59,838 nucleotides of DNA, from assembly GCA_018334915.1 (NCBI GenBank), contig JAGXLB010000002.1, positions 1 to 59,838 of the forward strand, in the 5' to 3' direction. The DNA is from Candidatus Bipolaricaulota bacterium (GTDB lineage Bacteria; Bipolaricaulota; Bipolaricaulia; M55B111). The position numbers were made by a program, and so were the translations under genes. The notes below the pieces were generated by a model. The model saw only the letters and a list, made by a program, of their open reading frames with translations, had not been told where the DNA came from and searched no databases. Shown here one piece after another: positions 38,188 to 46,853 of this stretch; positions within the stretch are counted from its first letter, which is position 1; every line of letters starts with the position of its first letter.

Positions 38188-39924
38188 ATGTTCTTCGGAA
38201 TAATTCTTCCCCTAGCTCTGTTTTTTCTGGCTCTGGCTGGACTAGTTTATGTCCTGGGAGAATATCTCGGATGGTCCTTCCGGGAAGAGATGGGGGTAGA
38301 GGCAGGTTTTCCCGGGCTTTTCGACTACCTGGAACGATACGTGGAAAAACCGGTTTTAAAACCGATCGAGAGGTTGATTTACCGGGTCGGGAGAATAGAC
38401 CCCGAGGAATCGATGAACTGGAAGACCTACCTGTTGAGCGCTCTGTGGCTGAACCTGATCCTGTTCGTCTTCCTGTACTTGATCTTTCTGTTCCAAGGTG
38501 GACTTCCGCTCAACCCCGCAGAGATAGGTAACCTCGACTGGGACCTCGCCTTTCACAACGCGGCGACGTTCGTATCCAATACCAACCAGCAACACTATGC
38601 CGGTGAGACCGCGCTTTCTTACTTCTCACAGCTCGGTGCGGTGCTTTTGGCAATGTTCGCGTCAGCCGCTACGGGAATGGGTTTGCTGCTTGGTTTCGCC
38701 AGGGGGTTGACCAACGAGGAAGATCCCAGGCTGGGGAACTTCTACGTAGCCTTCATCAAATCATTGACCAGGTTTCTGTTGCCGATTAGTTTTGTGCTGG
38801 CGCTTTTTTTGATCAGCCAGGGGGTCCCGCAGACTCTTGCCGGGCCCATTTCGGTCACTACTCTCGAAGGAACAAACCAGACGATAGCTCGCGGTCCAGT
38901 TGCCACCCACGAGGCGATAAAGATGTTCGGCACCAACGGAGGCGGGTTCTTCGCCGCCAACGCTGCCCATCCGTTCGAGAACCCAACACCTTTATCCAAC
39001 GTGGTATTGAACCTTTTTCTGCTTTTAGGAACGATAACAAACTTTTACGCTTTCGGTATCTGGGTGAAGAAACGAAGACACGGGCTGGTGTTAGTCGGAG
39101 CAGTATCGGTACTCGTACTGTTGTTTCTGGCAATGGCCGTCGGAGGGGAAGTAGGAGGTAATCCCGCCTTAGAAGGTTTGGGTATAGATCAAACCTTAGG
39201 TAACATGGAAGGTAAAGAGGTCCGATTTGGAGCCACCTTGAGTGCCCTCTGGGGGGTAGCAACTACCTCGACCACCAACGGTGGAGTTAACTCGATGCAC
39301 GATAGCTTTACCGCGATGGGGGGGCTAGCCCTTTTCTTAGGTATGAGTCTAAATTCACTGTTTGCCGGCGTGGGGACCGGGGTTATGAACCTCCTTACCT
39401 ACGTCTTCCTCGCTGCCTTCATGGGCGCCCTCATGATCGGGCGAGCTCCTGTTTACCTTGGAAAAAAACTGGAATCGGACGAGATAAAGTTCGCCGCAAT
39501 GATTATCCTGCTGCTTCCGACGCTGGTCCTATTTCCGACCGGGATCGCTGTGGTAACGAACATGGGCAAAGAGGCAATAACAAACCCCGAATTCCACGGA
39601 TTCAGCCAGGTAATGTACGAGTTCTTTTCCGCGGCGGCAAACAACGGTTCCGGCTTCGAGGGTCTGGTTGACGATACCGTCTTTTACAACATGGCCGGAG
39701 GTACGGTAATCCTTCTTGCCCGCTATATTCCGCTCGTGTTACAGATGATGATAGCTGGATCTCTGGCAAAAAAGAAGATTCGACCGGAGACCGAAGGAAC
39801 CCTTAAGGTTGAAAACGTCCCGTTTTTAGTACTTCTGCTGGTAATCATGGTAGTAATTGGTGGGTTGGTATTTATCCCGGCCCTTTCTTTAGGACCAATC
39901 GCGGAACTTCTTTCCCTGTGGTGA
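38188..39924 (+). CDS. kdpA: K+-transporting ATPase subunit A
   Basis: GTNGGGFFAANAAHPFENPTP and overall KdpA-like sequence. The start was set at the ATG at 38188 (MFFGIILPL), because the track ORF begins at a GTG inside kdpF. Confidence 0.93.
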   Translation: MFFGIILPLALFFLALAGLVYVLGEYLGWSFREEMGVEAGFPGLFDYLERYVEKPVLKPIERLIYRVGRIDPEESMNWKTYLLSALWLNLILFVFLYLIFLFQGGLPLNPAEIGNLDWDLAFHNAATFVSNTNQQHYAGETALSYFSQLGAVLLAMFASAATGMGLLLGFARGLTNEEDPRLGNFYVAFIKSLTRFLLPISFVLALFLISQGVPQTLAGPISVTTLEGTNQTIARGPVATHEAIKMFGTNGGGFFAANAAHPFENPTPLSNVVLNLFLLLGTITNFYAFGIWVKKRRHGLVLVGAVSVLVLLFLAMAVGGEVGGNPALEGLGIDQTLGNMEGKEVRFGATLSALWGVATTSTTNGGVNSMHDSFTAMGGLALFLGMSLNSLFAGVGTGVMNLLTYVFLAAFMGALMIGRAPVYLGKKLESDEIKFAAMIILLLPTLVLFPTGIAVVTNMGKEAITNPEFHGFSQVMYEFFSAAANNGSGFEGLVDDTVFYNMAGGTVILLARYIPLVLQMMIAGSLAKKKIRPETEGTLKVENVPFLVLLLVIMVVIGGLVFIPALSLGPIAELLSLW

Positions 39925-39930
39925 TAGAAA

Positions 39931-41961
39931 ATGGATAGAGAACAGGTTTTAGAGGCACTCGGGGAGGCCATAAAGAAGCTTAGCCCAGCTTATCTAGTAA
40001 AAAACCCCGTCATATTCGTTACCGAAATCAGCACAATTATCGTAATCGTTCTTACGATCATACCGCAGTTTTTCGGTGGAACCCAGGGAAGATGGTACTA
40101 CTCAGCAATCTCGATCGTGTTATTCTTCACAGTAATATTTGCTACCTTTGCCGAGTCACTAGCGGAAACCCAGGGAGAAGCACATGCTGAGAGCCTCCGG
40201 GCGATGAAGGAAGAAGTATCAGGAAAGAGACTCGTTGAAGATGCTCCACTTGAGGAGATAGACGAAGAAAACCTGGAGGAATTAGAGTCCGACGACCTGG
40301 AGAAAGGAGATTTGGTCTACGTCGAAGAAGGAGACATGATTCCCAGGGACGGTTCTATAATCGAAGGGTCCGCCTCGATTGACGAATCGGCGATAACCGG
40401 CGAATCGGAGCCGGTCATCCGTCAGAGCGGGGGCGACAAAAGCTCCGTAACCGGTGGAACAGAAGTATTAAGCGACCAGTTAAAGATCAAGATAACCGCT
40501 GCCGCCGGCGAGTCATTTATGGACGAGATGATTGGCCTTGTTGAAAGTGCCAGTCGGGAGAAGACGCCGAACGAGATCTCCCTCACCCTGCTTCTTGCTA
40601 GCTTTACCTTTATCTACATGCTCGTCGTGACCACCCTGACCTTCTTCGGCGACTTCGTCAGGTTGAACGTGGAAGTGGCGGACCAGATTGCTTTATTAAT
40701 TGGCCTTATTCCAACTACGGTCGGTGCACTCCTATCGGCAATAAGAATAGCTGGAATGACCCGCGTAACGAGAGATAACGTTATTGCCAAATCCGGGAAG
40801 GCAGTTGAATCCGCCGGTGACCTTGACGTGCTGATTCTCGACAAAACGGGGACTATCACCACGGGAGAGCGGGCAGCAACGGATTTCATTCCCGTTGGGG
40901 ATGCCGATAAAGAGGAAGTCGTCGATGCAGCTTTAAAGTCCTCGTTTTACGACGAGACGACCGAGGGCCGATCGGTAGTCGCCCTGGCAAGACAAAAAGA
41001 AGGGAGAGAGCCCGATGAAGAAAAGCTACCCGAAGACGGATTCATCGAATTCAGCGCCGAGACGGGAATGAGCGGAATAGATCTGGAGGACGGAACGGAG
41101 ATAAGGAAAGGTTCTGTGGATTCGATCGAGGAATACGCAGAATCCGCTCCGGGCGAACTGGACGACAAGGCAGCGGAAGTGGCGGACTCCGGTGGTACAC
41201 CTCTCGGGCTGGCAGTAGACGGTAAGGTAGTTGGTATTATAGAGCTACAGGACGAATTGAAGACTGGGATAAAGGACAGAATAACCCGACTACAGAAGAT
41301 GGGTATAAAGACGATAATGTGTACCGGAGATAACGAACGAACTGCAAAATACATTGCCGAGGAAGCCGGACTTGACGAATACTACGCAGAGTTTCAACCA
41401 GAGCAGAAGATCGGTCTGGTGGAGGATGAAAAAGCCAAAGGACACATGGTCGGAATGACCGGGGACGGGACGAACGACGCCCCGGCTCTTGCAAAGGCGG
41501 ACGTGGGCCTGGCGATGAACGCCGGGACCGCCGCCGCAAAAGAAGCCGGTAACATGGTCGACATGGATTCGGACCCGACCAAGTTAATCGAAGTGGTCGG
41601 TATCGGAAAGCAGTTACTGATGACCCGGGGCTCGCTGACCACTTTCAGCATCGCAAACGACATTTCCCGCTACTTTGCCCTGGTACCGGCGATATTCTCC
41701 GCGAGCATACCGGCACTTGGCAAGATGAACCTGATGAACCTCCATTCCCTGCAAAGCGTGGTTATCTCCTCGCTGATTTACAACAGTCTGATCATACCTT
41801 TCCTCGTTCCCCTGGCAATGCGAGGTGTCGAGTACAAGCCGGTAAGCGCGTCTCAGTTGCTGGTTCGCAATATGTTGATTTACGGAGGTAGCGGGCTCGT
41901 GGTACCGTTCCTCTCCATTAAGTTAATAGACTGGCTGCTAGTGACAGTGGGGGTGTTCTAA
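39931..41961 (+). CDS. kdpB: K+-transporting P-type ATPase subunit B
   Basis: DKTGTIT phosphorylation site, TGDN and [10 protein letters not shown]; 676 aa. Confidence 0.95.
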   Translation: MDREQVLEALGEAIKKLSPAYLVKNPVIFVTEISTIIVIVLTIIPQFFGGTQGRWYYSAISIVLFFTVIFATFAESLAETQGEAHAESLRAMKEEVSGKRLVEDAPLEEIDEENLEELESDDLEKGDLVYVEEGDMIPRDGSIIEGSASIDESAITGESEPVIRQSGGDKSSVTGGTEVLSDQLKIKITAAAGESFMDEMIGLVESASREKTPNEISLTLLLASFTFIYMLVVTTLTFFGDFVRLNVEVADQIALLIGLIPTTVGALLSAIRIAGMTRVTRDNVIAKSGKAVESAGDLDVLILDKTGTITTGERAATDFIPVGDADKEEVVDAALKSSFYDETTEGRSVVALARQKEGREPDEEKLPEDGFIEFSAETGMSGIDLEDGTEIRKGSVDSIEEYAESAPGELDDKAAEVADSGGTPLGLAVDGKVVGIIELQDELKTGIKDRITRLQKMGIKTIMCTGDNERTAKYIAEEAGLDEYYAEFQPEQKIGLVEDEKAKGHMVGMTGDGTNDAPALAKADVGLAMNAGTAAAKEAGNMVDMDSDPTKLIEVVGIGKQLLMTRGSLTTFSIANDISRYFALVPAIFSASIPALGKMNLMNLHSLQSVVISSLIYNSLIIPFLVPLAMRGVEYKPVSASQLLVRNMLIYGGSGLVVPFLSIKLIDWLLVTVGVF

Positions 41962-41963
41962 CC

Positions 41964-42839
41964 GTGGCCCACGAAAACGACGAAGATAAGCAGGAAGAAG
42001 AACTAGAAGAAGCAGAAGAAATTGAAGGTGGGGGAAACGAAAGGGAAGAAAAACGTGAAAAAGAAATGGCCGAAGAGGAAGGCGAAGACGTTCCCGAAAA
42101 AGATATTGAGGCGGTAGATGACGAGGAGGAACCTCCTCCTTCTGAGGCTCGCGAAAAGGACGAAGAAGAAAAGCCGGGAAAAGGGGAACCGGAGGAAAAG
42201 GAAGTCAAAGAGGAAGAAAAAATGGAGGAAGAGGAGGAAGTCTCCTTCCCCGATACGGACGAGCTAAGGGTCTCCAAAATGCTTGCCACCGGCATGAGGG
42301 TCCTCCTAATAACTTTTCTGCTTACCAGCGTTCTATACGTCCTTGCCACGACGGGCATAGGAAACCTTGCCTGGCAGGGACCCGCCCAGGGTAACCTGGT
42401 GGAACATAACGGTAAAGTCGTGGGCTCCAAGATAATTGGTCAACCCTTCAGCTCCGATAAATACTTTCACCCAAGACCCTCTTCCAAAAACTACGACGGA
42501 ATGGATTCGGGCAGCGCCAATTTGTCACCACAAAACGAAAGGCTTACCCAGCGTGTAGAAAATCAACTGGAAGACCTGGAGGAAGGGGGAATAAGTCCGG
42601 AAGAAGTCCCGGTAAGTTTCGTCACCGAATCAGGGTCCTCTCTCGACCCCCATATCGTTCCGGAATCCGCTTACTTACAGATACCGAGAGTCTCCGGGGC
42701 GACAGGGATTAGCCGGGAAAGACTGAGAGAGTTAATCGATGAGAATACCCAGAATAAATTCGTCGGTCTGTACGGTCTGGAAAGAGTGAACGTGTTATCG
42801 TTAAATATAGAAATAGAAAAAATACTGGAGTCCGGATAA
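41964..42839 (+). CDS. kdpC: K+-transporting ATPase subunit C with a ~105-aa acidic low-complexity N-terminal extension (start uncertain)
   Basis: From about residue 106 it matches KdpC (TM helix, GSKIIGQPFSSDKYFHPRPS, SGSANLSPQN, ESGSSLDPHI). The upstream 105 codons are E/K/D-rich. Confidence 0.8.
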   Translation: MAHENDEDKQEEELEEAEEIEGGGNEREEKREKEMAEEEGEDVPEKDIEAVDDEEEPPPSEAREKDEEEKPGKGEPEEKEVKEEEKMEEEEEVSFPDTDELRVSKMLATGMRVLLITFLLTSVLYVLATTGIGNLAWQGPAQGNLVEHNGKVVGSKIIGQPFSSDKYFHPRPSSKNYDGMDSGSANLSPQNERLTQRVENQLEDLEEGGISPEEVPVSFVTESGSSLDPHIVPESAYLQIPRVSGATGISRERLRELIDENTQNKFVGLYGLERVNVLSLNIEIEKILESG

Positions 42840-42840
42840 T

Positions 42841-43740
42841 ATGAACGAAAACCAAGTAAAAAAATTAACAACTGAAGAATTGAACTACGAGGACGTCTTA
42901 ATCAGTATTGCCAATCCGGAAACGGCCCGGCAGATGGTCACCATGGCACATCACGTTACTACCCATCAGACTACGTTCCATATCTTGAACGTGACCCGAC
43001 AGGGATCTTTCCCCGAGGAGGAGCGATCCTGGCGAAAGGGATCGGAATTAGTCATGGATACCACCCACTATGCCCAGAGGCTCGGCCGGGTGGCAAAGCC
43101 TCTTACCGTGACGTCCGGTTCGATTCCAAGGGCAATAATCAACTCCGCCGAAGAAATCGGAGCGGACTTTATATTGATGGGGTGGTTCGGCCGGATTACC
43201 CCTGTAGTAGTTAGGAGGAGTTCAGTAGTAAATAAGGTGCTTCACAAGGCCTCCTGTGACGTCGGGGTGCTAAAATCCCGGAAGGACCTCGGAGAAGTCG
43301 AGAAAGTTTTGATGCCAGTGGGTCCGAACCAGCCACGGCCAAAACGGTTAGCCCTGCTGGACAGAATAATGAGTGAAGTGGAAGTAGAAGCGGAGCTCGT
43401 ACATGTGCTTACGGGAAAACCGGGCGAACAAAGCGAAGAGAAGGCATCCCAGTATCTCCAGGAAGTTCTAGAATTGTTACCGGCGAACGTTGAAACGACA
43501 GTTCTTCATTCGAATTCCGTTCTCAGTGGGCTGTTAACGGCTTCCCATGATGCCGACCTTGTTATCCTCGGTCCCGGCAGGGAATGGGTATTTAACAGGT
43601 TCCTGTTCGGACGTACCGCCGACAATCTGACAAACAGGGTCGAATCCTCGGTACTGATGTTTAAGGGAAGCGAGCACAAAATGGTTGCCTGGAGTAGAGG
43701 ATTGTTAAAGGCGCTATCGGACATTGTTACGCCCACTTAG
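42841..43740 (+). CDS. Tandem universal stress protein (USP) domain protein, co-oriented with kdpC
   Basis: Two UspA-like halves (…EEIGADFILMGW…, …HDADLVILGP…). The start lies 1 nt after the kdpC stop. Confidence 0.7.
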   Translation: MNENQVKKLTTEELNYEDVLISIANPETARQMVTMAHHVTTHQTTFHILNVTRQGSFPEEERSWRKGSELVMDTTHYAQRLGRVAKPLTVTSGSIPRAIINSAEEIGADFILMGWFGRITPVVVRRSSVVNKVLHKASCDVGVLKSRKDLGEVEKVLMPVGPNQPRPKRLALLDRIMSEVEVEAELVHVLTGKPGEQSEEKASQYLQEVLELLPANVETTVLHSNSVLSGLLTASHDADLVILGPGREWVFNRFLFGRTADNLTNRVESSVLMFKGSEHKMVAWSRGLLKALSDIVTPT

Positions 43741-43797
43741 CCAGTAATACCAGCGAAGTTTCCCTACTCCAATTTCCAAAGATAAATTGATTTCAAA

Positions 43798-43995
43798 TCT
43801 TTCACCATGGTATGAAAGCGGGACCTAATTCATGGACCTTAATTTTATCATTTTCGCACAAGCTCCCTGCCCGCTACCTGGCTGCCGGATTACCTCTAGT
43901 GCTTAGTATTAGAGGTTAAATACGTTACCAGGTGAGGGACAGGGAAAAGTTACTAATTATCCGGAACAGAGGGAAAATCCGCCGCTGGTGAAAGA
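43798..43995 (+). ncRNA. Unit C of the structured RNA element (between the kdp-usp operon and trkH)
   Basis: The outer helix UCUUUCACCA (43798-43807) / UGGUGAAAGA (43986-43995) encloses the conserved hairpin at 43863-43946. Confidence 0.65.
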
Positions 43996-44176
43996 ACTGA
44001 GTTGAAACAGCAACTATCAGGAAGTTCTGGAGAGTTATAGTCAACGATTCCGCCCCAAAAAGCGGCGCCTGGAGAAAAACAATCCTGGCCTGCCCTTTGG
44101 TTTCTCGGTTATTTTTGGTAATATTAGCAAGCAATTTGCTTCTTGCAAACCGAAATCATATTTTAGGTGACAATAA

Positions 44177-44207
44177 TTTACAGGTGAGCTGACGTTTTGT
44201 TTATAAT
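44177..44207 (+). promoter_or_regulatory. Possible promoter upstream of trkH copy 2
   Basis: TTTACA (44177-44182), a long 19-nt spacer, TATAAT (44202-44207). Confidence 0.3.
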
Positions 44208-44287
44208 ATTTGGCCAAGTAAAGGACAAAAAAGAGATAAGCCACTTGATGAAGGAACCTCAAACCAGATCAAGTTTCAACCAGACCA

Positions 44288-45715
44288 ATGAAGATTAGCG
44301 ATCATTTAAGAACGGCAAACTGGCATAATGTCCTCCACGAACTATTTGGTGCCCTTGGACTACTGGGACTCCTTCTACTCGTTCCATTCCTCGTTTCAAT
44401 TTTGTTCCAGGAGTTTCTATATACGCAACTATTTGGAGGACTTGCTTTCGGTTCGATCGTAATTGGTTTTGGGGTTTGGCACCTGGACTTATTTAACGGC
44501 GAGGAGATGAATCTGATCGACGCTCTGATCGTTACCGCGCTTGTCTATCTCCTATTTAGCCTCGTCGGAGCGGTGCCGTTTCTCCCAATAAAAACCTTCC
44601 TCGACGGCCTTTTCGAGGCTATGTCCGGGTTTACTACCACCGGCCTGACCATGGTTAACGAAACAACGCTCTCACCGTCACTACATTTCTTCCGAGCTTA
44701 TTCTCAGTGGCTGGGAGGAATGGGTATTATCGTTCTTACCCTGGCTATACTCCTGAGACCAGGCAAAAGTGCGTTTAAACTCTACGCGTCCGAGTTTGGT
44801 GAGGCCAACATCCTGGGCAGCGTGATATCGACGGCAAAAGCTGTTATAAAAGTTTACATAGCTCTAACAACGCTGGGTTTTGTGGCTTTTTACCTCGCCG
44901 GAATGGGACTGTACGACGCTTTGATCCATATCTTAACGACAATTCCAACGGGCGGGTTTTCCCTCTACTCAGAAAGTATCGGATTTTACAATAGCGAAAC
45001 AATTTCGATGACCGTAACCCTATTCATGATACTGGGTGCAATCAGCTTCCCGCTTTATTACCTGTCAGTAAAAGGCGAATTCCGAGAGTTCTTCGAGGAC
45101 CATCAGGTCCAGGCTCTGATAGCTCTGGTAGTTCTCGGGTCGCTGATCTTCATTATCAGTTTCGGTCCCAGCCCGGCCAATGTAGTCCCCGGCATTTTCC
45201 AGACTACCACAGCTATAACCACGACAGGCTATAATACCGTCCCGACCGGGGCCCTTCCCGACGGGGATAAGTTCGTCACTATACTTTTCATGATTATCGG
45301 TGGAGGTACGGGATCGACTGCCGGAGGTATCAAGCTATTTCGATTGTTAATTCTTCTCGGGTTAATTAGACTGGTCTTCTTTCGTTCACTCCTACCGAAA
45401 GAAGCAAAGTTACCTCTCAGGTTTGGAAATATTACAGTTGGGAAAGAAGAAGCGGAGTCTATAATTGCGTTCTTTCTCTCGTATTTACTGATACTAGTCA
45501 TATCAACGCTGGCCGTGCTATGGTTGGAAGGAGCCAGCCTGGTAAACTCCCTCTTTGAGGTCGCCTCCGCTGAAGGGACGGTGGGTATGTCCGTCGGCTT
45601 AACTTCACCGGACCTTAATCCCGTCTCAAAACTAATCTTAATAGTCAATATGTGGCTCGGCAGGCTGGAAATAACTCCGGTAATTGTTGCGCTTTACCCG
45701 GGAAGCTGGCGGTAA
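44288..45715 (+). CDS. trkH: Trk/Ktr family K+ transporter membrane subunit (copy 2)
   Basis: 475 aa with SGFTTTGLT, PTGGFS, TTTGYNT and GSTAGGIKL pore-loop motifs. Confidence 0.9.
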   Translation: MKISDHLRTANWHNVLHELFGALGLLGLLLLVPFLVSILFQEFLYTQLFGGLAFGSIVIGFGVWHLDLFNGEEMNLIDALIVTALVYLLFSLVGAVPFLPIKTFLDGLFEAMSGFTTTGLTMVNETTLSPSLHFFRAYSQWLGGMGIIVLTLAILLRPGKSAFKLYASEFGEANILGSVISTAKAVIKVYIALTTLGFVAFYLAGMGLYDALIHILTTIPTGGFSLYSESIGFYNSETISMTVTLFMILGAISFPLYYLSVKGEFREFFEDHQVQALIALVVLGSLIFIISFGPSPANVVPGIFQTTTAITTTGYNTVPTGALPDGDKFVTILFMIIGGGTGSTAGGIKLFRLLILLGLIRLVFFRSLLPKEAKLPLRFGNITVGKEEAESIIAFFLSYLLILVISTLAVLWLEGASLVNSLFEVASAEGTVGMSVGLTSPDLNPVSKLILIVNMWLGRLEITPVIVALYPGSWR

Positions 45716-45811
45716 AATCTTTAAGGAGGAGTCTCCCAACAAAACACAAGAATCTCAAATAAAGGTTCAAATGTTATAGAGGAACTCCCCGGAACCAAGA
45801 AAAACCAGGTA

Positions 45812-46492
45812 TCACATCTGATCGGGGCGTTGGCCGGTTTGAAGCTCACCAAACAGTTCTTTTATGTCGTCCTCCTTTTTCTCATTCTCGGTTATTATAA
45901 TCAGGATATCGTCTTCATTTAATTTTGTACTTCCCCGGGGAATAATCGCAACTCCCTCGCGGAGTACCGATGTTATTAACGTGCCTCCGGGAAGATCGAT
46001 GTCTTTTATTTTCTTTCCGGCAAGCCCTCCAGGGGATATTTCGACTAATCTCGCTCCACCCTGAACCAGCAGGGAAAAGTCCAGGATATCGTAGCCGTGA
46101 AGGAGGCTGGTTATTTCAGTTCCCGCCGATACTTTCGGAGAGATGACGTGATCAACTCCTAGCTCCTGGGCAGTCGTCCTGAGGCTGGTTTTATTAAGCT
46201 TGGCAACAACCCTGGGAACGTCAAATTTCTTGCCAAGCACGGCGATTACCATATTTAGGGCATCGGAATCCGTGGTAGCTATAAGAGCGTCCGCTTGTCT
46301 GGCTCCGGCGCTTTCCAGGAGTTCGGGTTCTGTTCCATCACCGTGAAGCACCAGGGCGTCGTATTCTCCCGACAATGATTCGCATTTTTCCTCGTCCTGG
46401 TCCACAAGAACCAGTTCAAATCCCTCACGGACAGTTAGATCTTCCGCAAGCTGAGTTCCTATATCACCGAGTCCGGCAATTATAACTCTCAT
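45812..46492 (-). CDS. trkA: Trk/Ktr K+ uptake regulatory subunit (copy 2)
   Basis: MRVIIAGLGDIGTQLA Rossmann motif plus an RCK_C domain. The start was set at the ATG at 46492, which has AGGAGG 6 nt upstream. Convergent with trkH copy 2. Confidence 0.85.
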   Translation of the reverse strand: MRVIIAGLGDIGTQLAEDLTVREGFELVLVDQDEEKCESLSGEYDALVLHGDGTEPELLESAGARQADALIATTDSDALNMVIAVLGKKFDVPRVVAKLNKTSLRTTAQELGVDHVISPKVSAGTEITSLLHGYDILDFSLLVQGGARLVEISPGGLAGKKIKDIDLPGGTLITSVLREGVAIIPRGSTKLNEDDILIIITENEKKEDDIKELFGELQTGQRPDQM

Positions 46493-46853
46493 GGTATTCC
46501 TCCTGATATTATAGACATTCGTGTGTAAAAGACATGGAGTAAAAGAAATAAATTGAGACACCGCAACAGTTCATTTCGGTGAATGAGAATCGGCACAAAA
46601 ACCACGAACCTCACGATGCCTCATTGATGATAGCTTACAGAAGGACCATCTGCAAAAATTATTGGATAAGGAGTCAGAAGAAGACCCCCCTGAAACACGG
46701 ACTAAGGACCTGGCGGAGGCCAAACACTATTGCATTTTTTATCTTATTTATTGATACTGGCCGGTTCGATGCTTAATATCATCGGGCTGGAGGTCATCTC
46801 GGTATCGGGGGCAACTCCGATATCAAAGTTTTTCCTAGGGCGGTCGGAGGAAT

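Noticed and set aside
41918-42430. A 170-aa serine-rich ORF antisense to the kdpC 5' region.
   Set aside because: It is the reverse-complement artefact of the GAA/GAG-rich acidic segment and has no start context.
34553-43995. Whether the repeated elements form a CRISPR array or a simple MITE family.
   Set aside because: There is no regular repeat-spacer periodicity, the copies lie on both strands and no cas genes are present. Against a MITE, the copies are highly diverged outside a conserved core yet keep both helices complementary through compensatory changes, and no target-site duplications were seen. The MITE idea is retained as the refutation scenario.
43925-44262. Two small minus-strand ORFs (69 and 73 aa) in the usp-trkH spacer.
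   Set aside because: They have no SD or family resemblance and overlap the structured RNA unit C and the putative trkH promoter.
46579-46776. A 65-aa ORF in the trkA/DUF389 divergent spacer.
   Set aside because: Its product is basic and low-complexity, it has no SD, and it probably lies in promoter DNA.
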